NCBI GenBank assembly: GCA_040285855.1
Contig: JAUFOQ010000002.1
Location: forward strand, 2,914,001 to 2,978,000
Reading direction: 5' to 3'
DNA: 64,000 bases
From: Eukaryota sp. GEM-RC1
Lineage: Eukaryota
Shown here: piece by piece, positions 23,447 through 33,925 of the stretch
Position numbering within the stretch: the first letter of the stretch is position 1
Layout: the number at the start of each line of letters is the position of its first letter
Position numbers and translations under genes: made by a program
The notes under the pieces: model-generated
Database searches by the model: none
What the model was told of the DNA's origin: nothing
The model's input: only the letters and a program-made list of their open reading frames with translations

Positions 23447-25901
23447 CTAGGCAGAAATTACCTTAAAGAAGATTTCTTCCAATGAAGAATGTCCGACACT
23501 GCTATCAGCAATAAATTCCTTCATTTCCTGAATCAATTCAAAGATTTCAGATAACTTATTCTTCTCCATTGAGCAGACAAACTGTAAGTTAACTCCTAGT
23601 TGTCCAATAACAACAACCTCCTCCAATCTAGCATTGACCTTCTCCATAACCTCCTTCAAGCAATCTTCATTAGTAACTACCAAAGAAACCTTATATCCAG
23701 ATCCAAACTTTCTCTTTAGTTCCAAAGGAGTACCAATAGCTGCAATACGACCATCCTTCATTATGATCACTCTGTCGGATAACTCATTGATCTCTTCAAA
23801 ACTATGTGAGGTCAACAATACAGTCTTGTTAGCTTGTTGAGACTTAATAGCATCGTAAATAAAAGCAGCGGTACTAACGTCAACTCCAGTGGTACACTCA
23901 TCCAAGAAAGAAAGCTTGTTCTTATAGCCAAGTAAAGCGATAGCCAAAGAAAGTCTTCGTCTCATTCCTCCACTGTACTGTCCAGCTTCTTTCTTACCTG
24001 CTCCTTCTAACTTGACCATTTTCAAGGCTTCTTCTACTATTCCCTCAATCTCACTGGCTGGATATCCCTTGATTCTAGCATAGAATCGTAAATGATCACT
24101 ACCAGTGATGACGTTCCAAAGAGCATCAAACTGAGGACAAATTCCTAAAATTTTGTAAATTTCAGCCATGGAATCTCGAATTGACGTATGATTAATGTAG
24201 GCATCACCTCCAGTAGCAGCAAACAATCCAGACAAAGCAGAAATGAGAGTACTTTTTCCAGCACCATTACTTCCACAAAGACCAATAGTCTCACCCCTTT
24301 TTGCACAAAAAGAAACTCCTTTCAGAGCTTCTTCGTCAGCTCCAGGATAGCGATGTTGAAGGTTTAAGACACGAACAGCATTATCAACTTCATTGAATGC
24401 TCGTTGAGCTTCATTGTCGACGTCAGCATCACCAGTGAGAGTCGGCGTAAGGTTCTTGGTAGCTTCATGTTCATCAATCTTTTTGTAAAAGGAAGGTTTT
24501 ACAAAGAAGAACCAATCATGATGAGCTCCAAACTCATTAGTGAGTACAACTTCCAAGTACAGAGTAATAATATGAATGCAAACTGTACCAATCATGATCC
24601 TAATCAAAAGAGATCCAATCGCGTAATCAGATGAATAGAGATCAGCAAACACCAAACCTTCCTGATCTGGAGACGTGAAGGTTCGAACAATTCTCATAAT
24701 CTTAACCAATCCAAAAGAAGGAATCCAAGTCAACCAATGCTTGGAATGGGGACCAGAATCAAAAACCATCATTAGACCTTCTCCAATATCAGAAATGAAA
24801 TAAGAAACAAAGAACATTGCAAAGGTACACCACTTACTTTTGGAAAAGAAAGCAGTGAACATCTGACAGAGAGCAACGACCGCGTGACCCCATACGAAGC
24901 ACAGACCGAACCAGAAAGGTAGGGAAGCTCTAACAAACATGGGGAAGTCCAGGAAAAAGCCAGAGAAGATTAGTACGAGGGATACAACAAAGAAGATGAA
25001 GAAGTTCCATACATAGTTAACAGCGTGGTAAACAGACTTCTTGGTACCCATTTGTACCATCATTGCGAGTAGCTTCTTTTCCTTTTCAAAGACCAATGGG
25101 GTAACAAGAATGGCAAGGGGAAGATGGAGGCAGAAAACAATGATGAAGCCAATGAGAAAACCTCTGACATCTAAGACTACGTCATAAGCCCTGTGGGGGG
25201 AATTCTCGTAGGCCAGTGACGATGGCTCCAGTAAAAGGAGGGATATTGGCGGCAAAGGTGAAGAAAGCGGAGTGAAGGTCATTAATGGCAGAGATTCTTC
25301 CAGATTCTACAACGAATCGGCGGCTTCTAGGCCGAAGAACATGGTTGTACATGACAGTGGAGTCAAAAGCAAGGTTATCATCTGTATCAAGAGTGCTGAC
25401 ATGAATAGAGATACCAAAACCTCCGTCGTCCCAGGTTTTAAAGACGTGGGTCTCAATGTCATCTACAACTTCAAAGTGGGGGAGTGTAAGGTTGCCCATG
25501 TCTAAATGTGCTATGCGACACAGAAATCCAGTACATTCATCATGGTTGAGAGAACCTAGATCGATATCATCGGAAGCAGAAACAGCAATTGGGTGAAACA
25601 CATCACCACTGTCATCAGTCAAGTTGTTAAGGACAGCAGTTTCCAGTAGAACGGAGTAAGTTGTATTGGGACTAAGGTTGGCGGGAATAGTCTGGTTGAG
25701 AGCATCAATAGTTGAAACTAGATAATTAAGATAAACGATCAGCAGGAGCAGTCCTACTGGCGTTAAAACCGTACAGAGATTCATTCCTATTGCTTTCTTC
25801 TGAATATTCCAGTTCTTCCGCCACAATGCAGAAAACTGTTGAGCTGACGCGACATTTGGTGAGGTCTGTGACTCGAGTTCGTCGAAGGTATTGTAGTGCA
25901 T
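23447..25901 (-). CDS. Half-size ABCA transporter (TMD-NBD); 1-nt frameshift in the G-run at 25195-25200
   Basis: QFSALWRKNW N-terminus, EKEKKL, GSNGAGKST, YSGGMRRRLS, LDECTTG and SSLEEIF. Removing one base gives ...REFPHRAYD... Confidence 0.92.
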
Positions 25902-25959
25902 GTGAGAGCACCAAAAAAAGTAGAGCTCAAAATTCGGTCTCTTCCATTCAAGGCATCGT

Positions 25960-28492
25960 ATGTGGCTACTTCAGCTGAAAGCACTCTCTGTGCGAAATCT
26001 CAAGCTTCTGAGACGATCTTGGGTGAGTTTGTTGTTCCAGCTCGTTCTGCTTCCTCTTTTTTTGTCCTTGCTGATGTACACAATGGAAGACTTCTGGAAT
26101 GAAAGAATGGAAGTAGCATCTGTGATCCGTCACAGAGAAGACCAAGTTATGCTATCTCACATTCCTAGATGTAAACCTTCTCAAGGAAGTGACAAATGTC
26201 TGTCTATTGCTTACACACCAACCTGTCCTCTGCTAGATTCTATCATTGATACCATCCGTCAAGCTGGTGGTATTCCCACTGACGAAATCAAAGGATTTGC
26301 ATCTGTTGAAGAAATGGATGAATTCTCTCTGGAACATCTCAATTACACACAGCTAGCCTATATTTTCGAAGATCTAGATAATGACAGTACTGACTTCTCC
26401 TCTAATTTCCTCAGATACACAATTGTAGTGAATTCCACTGCCTGGCAATGTATGTGTGCTCTCAATCATTCTTACTCTAGGCATTGAAATGGAACGAGAT
26501 ACTTGCCAGCTAGATGTAGTTAATGGTATTTACTCCACTGCCAAAACTGTTATGGATGAGCACTTAATCCATCGTCGTACTGGTAAGTCAGTCTCTCTTG
26601 TCTCAAGACTCAAAAGAACTGTTCATCCACAGCTAGTCTCCCTTGACCTCTACGCTTCTGCCGGCAGAATGATGACGTTCTTCGTATATCTAATCTACTC
26701 TCTCACTATCTTGGGTACTTTGATTTCTGACAAGGAGACTGGTATCAAGATGTATCTCAGATTATTTACAATGCGAGATGGCCCTCACTGGATCTCTATG
26801 TTGGTCTCCTCCATGCTCGCCTTCACTATCCTCACCATTACTAACTTCATTATGAACACGTTCTTTGACATTGACATGTTTACTAAAACGAGCTTCTTGA
26901 TCTTAGGGATCCACTTCTTTTTAGTTTCTCTTCAAGTCTCTACTTTTATCTTCTTCATTTCAGTCTTTTTTAAATCAACTAGAGGTGGGGTAATTTCAGG
27001 CTTCGCTGTAGTAATGCTTTCATACATCTTTGATGCCATTGCGGTCCACCTCTTCATTGATGGAGTTGACAGATGGATCAGAGTTATGTTTACCTTCTAT
27101 CCGACAGTTCCATGTGAGCATGGGTTGTACATCATGGCCACTCTAGCTGCTGATGCATCTAGGGACTCTGGAATTACTTGGAGTGAGCTTGGTGATACTT
27201 ATAGCATTTCCCTGTATAGTTTAGCTGATGATTGGTTCTTTATTTTGAGAAATTCAGCTATATTCATGTTTTTAACATGGTATTTGGACAATGTATTACC
27301 CTCTGGATGTAACCACCGTCGTCCTTTCTATTTCCCCTTCACTGCTTCCTATTGGAAGGGAACTGCTAGTAATGTACCCACTCTGGAAAAGGCCACTCAT
27401 CCCCCAGGTAAGGTTTTACACGAGGAAATTCAAAAGAGCGTGATGCAGTTATGACCATGGAACCTCATGATTGTCCAGTTATTATCAAACGTTTCCAAAA
27501 GAAATTTGGTAATTTTATTGCGGTTGAAGATCTTTGCCTTAAAGTTGACTATGATGAAGTTTGCTGTCTATTAGGGCCCAACGGTGCAGGTAAAACCACT
27601 GCCATGAAGAGTCTCATTTCTTGTGACGTTCCTACATTTGGTGCTGCCTACGTTCTAGGTGAACCTGTTGGTGGCATTCCAAGTCGTCAGATGCTGCTCA
27701 ACATTGGATATTGCCCTCAGTTCAGCTGTCTCTATGATCAACTCACTTTCTTTGAGCATTTGGTGTTGTATGCCAACTTGAAAGGAATCAAGGGTAAAGC
27801 TGCTGAAGAAGAGGCTACTAAGCTACTTAACGACGTTGAGCTGTCTGAGTCCAGGGACAAACTAGCAGGGGAAGGAAGTGGAGGTATGCAGAGAAGACTA
27901 CAGATTGCTATTTCTCTTATTGGAAATGTTAAATTCTTGTCTCTAGATGAACCTACGACTGGTTTAGATGTCAAGGTTCGTGCTAATATTTGGAAAATCA
28001 TCAACAAAATTCGTAAAGGGCGTGCTATTCTTTTAACCACTCACTCAATGGAAGAAACAGAAGCTCTGCAGACTAGAATAGCTATCATGGCTCATTCCCG
28101 TCTTTGGGCTTTAGGAACCTCTATCTACTTAAGAAATGCTTTTGGAAGTGGATATAAAGTGTTGGTGGAAGTTGATGAAGAAAGTCTTGTAGATGATTTA
28201 GTTGAATTGGTTAAAGATGAACGGCTTTTTTGTTGAAGGGGTTCAAACTATGAAGATTGACTCTGTCACGTCATCATTGGTTAAGTTTGATGTTCCGTCT
28301 CGTGCTATTGATTTGCTACCGCAGTTCCTTAAAATTTTGGAGGAGAAGCAGGAAAGTTTGAAGTTGAAAGATTTGGCGGTTTCATTGACAACATTAAAAG
28401 ATGTTTTCATTGATTTAAGAAATCGATCTGATGAGCTTTTTGTTGAAGAACATCCCGAGTTTGCTGCTAAAGTTTTAGCTCGTGATGAGTAG
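25960..28492 (+). CDS. Half-size ABCA transporter (TMD-NBD); intron 26450-26480; frameshifts near 27420-27450 and 28230
   Basis: QLKALSVRNL N-terminus, DKETGIK, WYLDNVLP, GPNGAGKTT, SGGMQRRL, LDEPTTGLD and TTLKDVF. Confidence 0.92.
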
Positions 28493-29116
28493 GTAAATTA
28501 GGTAAATAAATTTGTTAATGGAATCTAGATAACAGAGTGTGTAAATGTATAACAGTCTTGGCAATTGTGTTTATATGTAAGACAATGGTGCACGCGTGGC
28601 ATTGTTGATCAACTGAAAACCAATACATACTACGTGAAGTAGTGATGACAAAGAATCCGTTGGATAAATTTATTCGAAGTGCAAGGCTACTTTCGCAAGC
28701 CTTTTAATTGCTGAATCAGAGATAATCATGCATGTATGTTTAAGTCAACTTTATCAATGCTTTATTTTACAGAAGACATGAACTTTCTGTGATAGGAATC
28801 TGATTTAAATCTGCTTTGGGAGAGTTTAGTGAATTACTATTCAGCTTCTACTAACGATTACAAATCTGAATTAGACCAAATTCAACGTCGTCGGCAGACT
28901 GCACATGCATCTCAAGTATCAGATGAGATTGTTGATGTCAATGCTGAAGGTTAGGGAAGTGTTCCCCAAATTTGGGGAAAATGTAGCAGATCAGTAGTTC
29001 TTGTTGTGTTTTAATTTTTGTTTTATAAATGGATTTAATCTTTGTATTGTTTGTTTGTTTTTGCACTTTCATCGTTTTTTTCAATGACCTGTACCCTAGA
29101 TCAAGATTTTAGTGAG

Positions 29117-29281
29117 TGTCATTACAAATGTTGTATCTACAAATATTGTCATTACAAATGTTGTATCTACAAATGTTGTATCTACAAATATTGTCATTAC
29201 AAATATTGTATCTACAAGTATTGTATCTACAAGTATGGTCATTACAAATATTGTATCTACAAGTATGGTCATTACAAATGA
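29117..29281. repeat. Tandem array of 11 x 15-bp units of two types (tgtcattacaaatrt / tgtatctacaartrt)
   Basis: 15-bp periodicity read directly. Confidence 0.9.
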
Positions 29282-29674
29282 TGAACAAAATCAACATCTA
29301 TGTGTTGAAAATGTAGCAGTAGTTCTTATGTTTTGTTTTATTTATATGAATGTCATTGCGGTGCTCAACAAAAGTAAATGTAAATATTTTCAACTATAAC
29401 TCAGTTCAAATGAGAAGAGTTTTGACAGAGTGCTTATGATGGTGGAGTTAGCTGTAGTGGTTCGTAACACTGGGAAGAAGCTAAAAAAACACAGTGAAAG
29501 ATCACGATTAAAAGGATCTTCACCTTTTAAGATCATAGGGAGTTGTGTTTATGAACAGAAGACCAGTACAACATATGATGAAGATGCCATAATGTCAAGT
29601 TGTCAGTGTCAACATCAGCTATAAATGGTTGAAATCTTTTTGACCTGTATCTTTTTCATTCCCTTCTTCGCTTC

Positions 29675-29914
29675 CAAACACTGCAAAGTGTTTCGGGTGA
29701 TAGTAACAGGATTCAGTTACTCGCACTATCACCTTTTTCTTCTTATTTGATGCTTTCCAAACACTGCAAAGTGTTTCGGGTGATAACAACAGGATTAAGT
29801 TACTCGCACTATCACTCTGTATGTTTTTCTTCTAATACATTAGGATTCTCTGTACTCAAACACCACAAGGTGTTTCGGGTGATAGTAACAGGATTAAGTT
29901 ACTCGCACTATCAC
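29675..29914 (+). repeat. Three dispersed 58-bp repeats (29675-29732, 29758-29815, 29857-29914), each able to fold as two hairpins
   Basis: caaacac-tgcaaa-gtgtttcgggtgatagtaacaggatt(c/a)agttactcgcactatcac, separated by pyrimidine-rich spacers. Confidence 0.9.
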
Positions 29915-30630
29915 TCGTCATTTCTAAATAGTCATTTTAACCAACAGTCATCACAGTTTGTTCATGATTTAACCACGGATGGAGACATAGAGTCCAATCC
30001 AGGACCTCCTCTTACAGATGACCTCAGAGATGAGCAACTGAGACCCGTTTTTGCACCAAACGTAGACAATATCGAGACGTTAGCGCCCAACGTCTGGGTG
30101 AATGATGATGTCATTGACTTATACGGTGATTTTCTTACAAAAAGCAGCAAATGTTGTCAGTACTTTCCAATCAATGACCTGCTTGGTGCTTCTGGTGTTT
30201 ATGATTTTCAACTATTGTTAAAAAAATTCGAATTCTTAATAACTTCAATGAATAATTGTGTTCTGAAGAAACGATTCATATTCATGCCAATCAACGATGG
30301 CCTTTTGGTAAAACTCCGACTCATTGGACACTTCTAATTTGCGATATTAAGATCAGACGACTTTTTTCAATCGATTCAACGTATACTGAAGAAGAACACT
30401 TCAAACAACTGGCGAATACAATTCGAACTTCTCGCAATGAAAATGTAGTCCAAAAATTACAGCAAGATTTGTTTAATGACGCACAGTATTTGTACATGGA
30501 TAAACTAGTTGTAAAGCAAGAGCAAACTGAAAACGATTGTGGACCTTTTATTCTGATGTACATTCAAAAGTTTGTTACCTTAACAGACTCATCTATTGAT
30601 TGTTCATCTATCGATTTTAAAAATTTTTAA
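29750..30630 (+). CDS. 2A/StopGo peptide followed by a Ulp1/C48-family cysteine protease (SUMO/NEDD8 isopeptidase-like); frameshift in the T-run at 30303-30306; may be an element-borne pseudogene
   Basis: DLTTDGDIESNPGP at about 29966-30007, then LAPNVWVNDDVIDLY, FIFMPIN...HWTLLICD and QTENDCGPF (His-Asp-Cys triad plus oxyanion Gln). Confidence 0.8.
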
Positions 30631-31074
30631 CCAAACTTGTAATTAGCCAAGATCTCTTGAAAGCACAAAATTGGGGTAAAAGAGGAGTTACACACTCATC
30701 ACATTGGAAGGGAAAGCACTGAAAGTCTTCTTGATATCAACAGGCTTTGTAAAAGATCACGTGATCATGTTCCAAACGAGATTAAGAGGCTTTGTTTGCT
30801 GCTGGAATGCATAGAACCCAGCTGTTGAATATGATTCAATAAAGAAAGAGTGTCTCGATTTGACCATACATCAAAGACGCTTACAGCAAGCTCCGAGTCA
30901 TTGGAGATAAGTTCAACAAGCATGTGTTTACAAAGGAGGCCTTTGACTGTTCTACACCAATGAGAACACTCAAGGAGCTCTTTTGCTAAAGATTCCCATG
31001 GAGGTCATTGAGCTAAGAAACCTAAGGTCATTTAGTACAAAAGAAGAAAGTCTTCTTCAAAAGAGGTCAAACAA

Positions 31075-31680
31075 CTAAAATTTGATATCATTAAAACAAC
31101 ACCTGTCGCTATCAAACCTTACAACAGCTTTGTCCTCATACAAGGAACTCACTGCTAATAAAGCTTTGGAGATGATTAGGGGAATTGTTTTAAAAACAGT
31201 AAAAACGATGCGATTCAACCATAAAATATGATCAAAACGTTTGTTCATTCTATTTTTAACGATTTTTTCGAAATAGTTTAAAAATTCAATGCACTTTTTC
31301 CTAAACGTCCATAAATTGGAAACAGAAAAAGGGCATAATTCGTGTTCAACATGTTTTAAAGCCATCAATGGTTTCCTGTACTTATCCTGTTTGGCTTGTT
31401 TAGAAATGTCAAGGGGAAGTTTCAGAGTAAGCATTCTTTAAAGATGTCTTTTTACAAACATCCACTGACACTACATCAACAACAAACAATTTGTCTGCAG
31501 AATAAGGGACAACAACATCTGCTCTTCGTTTACCAAAAAATTGGTTCTGTTTTTCGACATAACAATTATTACTTGGTTCTAAAGATCCTAGAAGTGGTTC
31601 AACAAATGACTCAATTTTGTAAGACTTACACATAGCATGTATTTGATCTCTTACAGCATCATGCATACACGTTCGATAAG
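31075..31680 (-). mobile_element. RLE non-LTR retrotransposon remnant (endonuclease domain to stop)
   Basis: MHDAVRDQ...VEPLL...RRADVVV...VVDVVSVD...KQDKY...LCPFSVS...WLNRIVFT. Confidence 0.8.
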
Positions 31681-31723
31681 TTATGTAGCGATTACATAAT
31701 TAATTATAATTAGTGTGGATTAT

Positions 31724-31798
31724 AATTAGTGTGGTCCACACTAATTTCAATTTCTACGAGCTGAAAAAAGTAATGAAAATTAGTGGGGTCCACACTAA
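31724..31798. repeat. Pair of about 23-bp palindromic motifs AATTAGTGTGG-T-CCACACTAATT (probable DNA-transposon subterminal repeats)
   Basis: Perfect arms at 31724-31746, a variant at 31778-31798, and a half copy just upstream. Confidence 0.55.
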
Positions 31799-32398
31799 AC
31801 AAACCAACTGATGTACTTATTGGAGTAAATGCAGAATCCAAAAATTTATGACCTCTTCAAGAGGGGTTTCCAGGACTTTGAAATTTGACATGGGTCATAA
31901 ATCGTTTGCCGCCATTTTGCCATAATCGATCATGAAGTGTGGAACGACCTATATTTCAGAACTGTTCAAGATTTCTATTGGTCCACCTTAAGAAACCCTT
32001 TGGTTGTCGCACGCCACTGATAAGTCACTCTACTGCACTGGAAATGAGTTGGATGTTCTAAGTTGTTGAATCGGGAAGCACTCCTTTCATCAAGATCTTG
32101 GGTCAAAGTTTACTGACGGAACAAAACAGTTAACTGTCAATCCAGTTTGAGAGTCCAATATAGTGATTGGCAATGGTCGGACCTTTAGACTTACAGACCA
32201 AGTCAAATTCAACGGACTACATACCAGCCCTTCATGAAGAACAGCAGACTACAGGCCGGAGTCCAATGACGCTGTATTGCAAACAGAACAAACACGTGTA
32301 CATTTTTTGTTTCCTTAGAACACGTTCTTCAAAAAAACTACACTAAGAGCGTTAACATGATAATGACTTTACTGCTCTTCAATTCGTTTATCTGTATT

Positions 32399-32635
32399 TC
32401 AATTGCCCTCAAAACCTTCCTCTAGTATCATATCTATGTACCGGTAAATTTGAGTTTGCTGACCTGGAGTGTAATTGGGAATAGTCTTTTTAAAAGCCGT
32501 CAAGTCTTGGTGGTTCTTGATTGTTCGTCTCATCATTTGAAGCAAGATGGATCCACGATCGATGTTCTCTTGGAAGTTCCGCCGAGATTCTTGGATGCCT
32601 TTCAGCAAAGTACGAGCGTACTCAATATTTGACAT
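32399..32635 (-). CDS. Small hypothetical protein (78 aa)
   Basis: ATG ORF MSNIEYART... with plausible composition; no domain recognised. Confidence 0.35.
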   Translation of the reverse strand: MSNIEYARTLLKGIQESRRNFQENIDRGSILLQMMRRTIKNHQDLTAFKKTIPNYTPGQQTQIYRYIDMILEEGFEGN

Positions 32636-33925
32636 GGGAAGAACTAGAAGTACTGTACTGTCGATTTGAATATTTTGTAACATGTCGACACACAAAATTT
32701 TTAGTCTGATTTCTGCGTGTGTTGTGTGTTCATTTCCTTGTTTGACTTCGATCTTTCGTTGCTCAAGCAGACCAATCTCTTCGTTATAGATACTTAACCA
32801 TACGGTCAGTTCCTAGTGACGGTGTTCCTAGTGACGGTGAACTTGTTACTCGACCGCTTTGCTTCCCTTTTCATTATGATCTGAACGATACTTACAGCAC
32901 GCAATCATACATGTGTCCTTTACTTTCACTGTGAAAGTAAGAGAAATGTCCAGTGTGTGTCTGCTTTGTATGATCCTCACTGACTGTACTCTTCTTTCCT
33001 CTATTGTCATCAGCAGTTTCTAGACTTTAATTTGTGTTGTTCAACTCGTGTATTTTGTTTTTAAAAAGTAATATTCTTCTTAGTAGGTGAAGCGGTGTTA
33101 AGAGGCATCACACTCAGAATCGAATCTTCTAGGCAACAACAAATTCTTGCAGAACAAACTAGTTAAGAAAACGTTGCAGAGCAAACAGTACGGCACATAT
33201 AATTGGCAAAAACACAATCTATTGTAATCTATTGGTGGTATTTGGTATTTTTGTACCTTTAGATTGTCGTACACAGAATCTCAATTTTTGACGCAAAAGT
33301 GCAAAAATTGCATAGCTGGACATTGAAGTATTTCCAGATATATTGCACATGACGACACTATACTTGTACAAACGATCGTTGAAAAAAACCAAAGGATTTA
33401 TATAGCTCCAAGTGAATCGATAGTGATCACTCAAAAACACGAAAACACGTTAAAACACGTTAGAACACGTTATCAAAATGGAGTCAATTGATTGATCGAA
33501 ATTGACAGTTTTTATTATTGAATTAGTCGAAGTTAACTGTCGCACTCGTTTTGTCACGTCATACATGTATGACGTGTATAGCATTAAAGTTACTTTGTTT
33601 TATTATATAAACACCTTTTTCCCTTTACGTTGCGAATACGGAACAGTTTAGATATGTCTTTCGTTCTAATAGTATTATCCTCTTGCTCAATAACAAATCA
33701 AAGGTCTCTGCATATATCCAAATTCAACAGGTGGAAATTGATGTTAATTTGTTCAGTGAAGGATTTGAACTGTATTGAACTACAAGTAAATAACAGTCAG
33801 GTTCAAACAATAAGTCAAACACAGCATTATCAGAAAGATCCAAGACTGTTTATACTACACGCTTTACTAGTAGAGTTGCCAAATGAAATTACAGTAACAA
33901 TTTTTTAGATCAACAACTTTGTTTC

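Noticed and set aside
25190..25205. Programmed ribosomal frameshifting in ABCA and other genes
   Set aside because: The shifts fall in homopolymers of different bases and in both directions, with no shared slippery or stimulator motif; assembly error is more parsimonious.
28642..28714. C/D-box snoRNA (GTGATGA ... CTGA)
   Set aside because: No convincing terminal stem, C'/D' boxes or recognisable rRNA-complementary guide; such boxes arise by chance in AT-rich DNA.
29819..29843. Intron-like GTATG...CTAATACATTAG between structured repeats 2 and 3
   Set aside because: The branch-to-AG spacing differs from the other introns, and removing 25 nt would break the frame to the 2A motif; not supportable without RNA data.
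29675..29914. CRISPR-like repeat-spacer array
   Set aside because: The repeats are 58 bp, there are only three, the spacers are unequal, pyrimidine-rich and partly related, there are no cas genes, and the context is eukaryotic.
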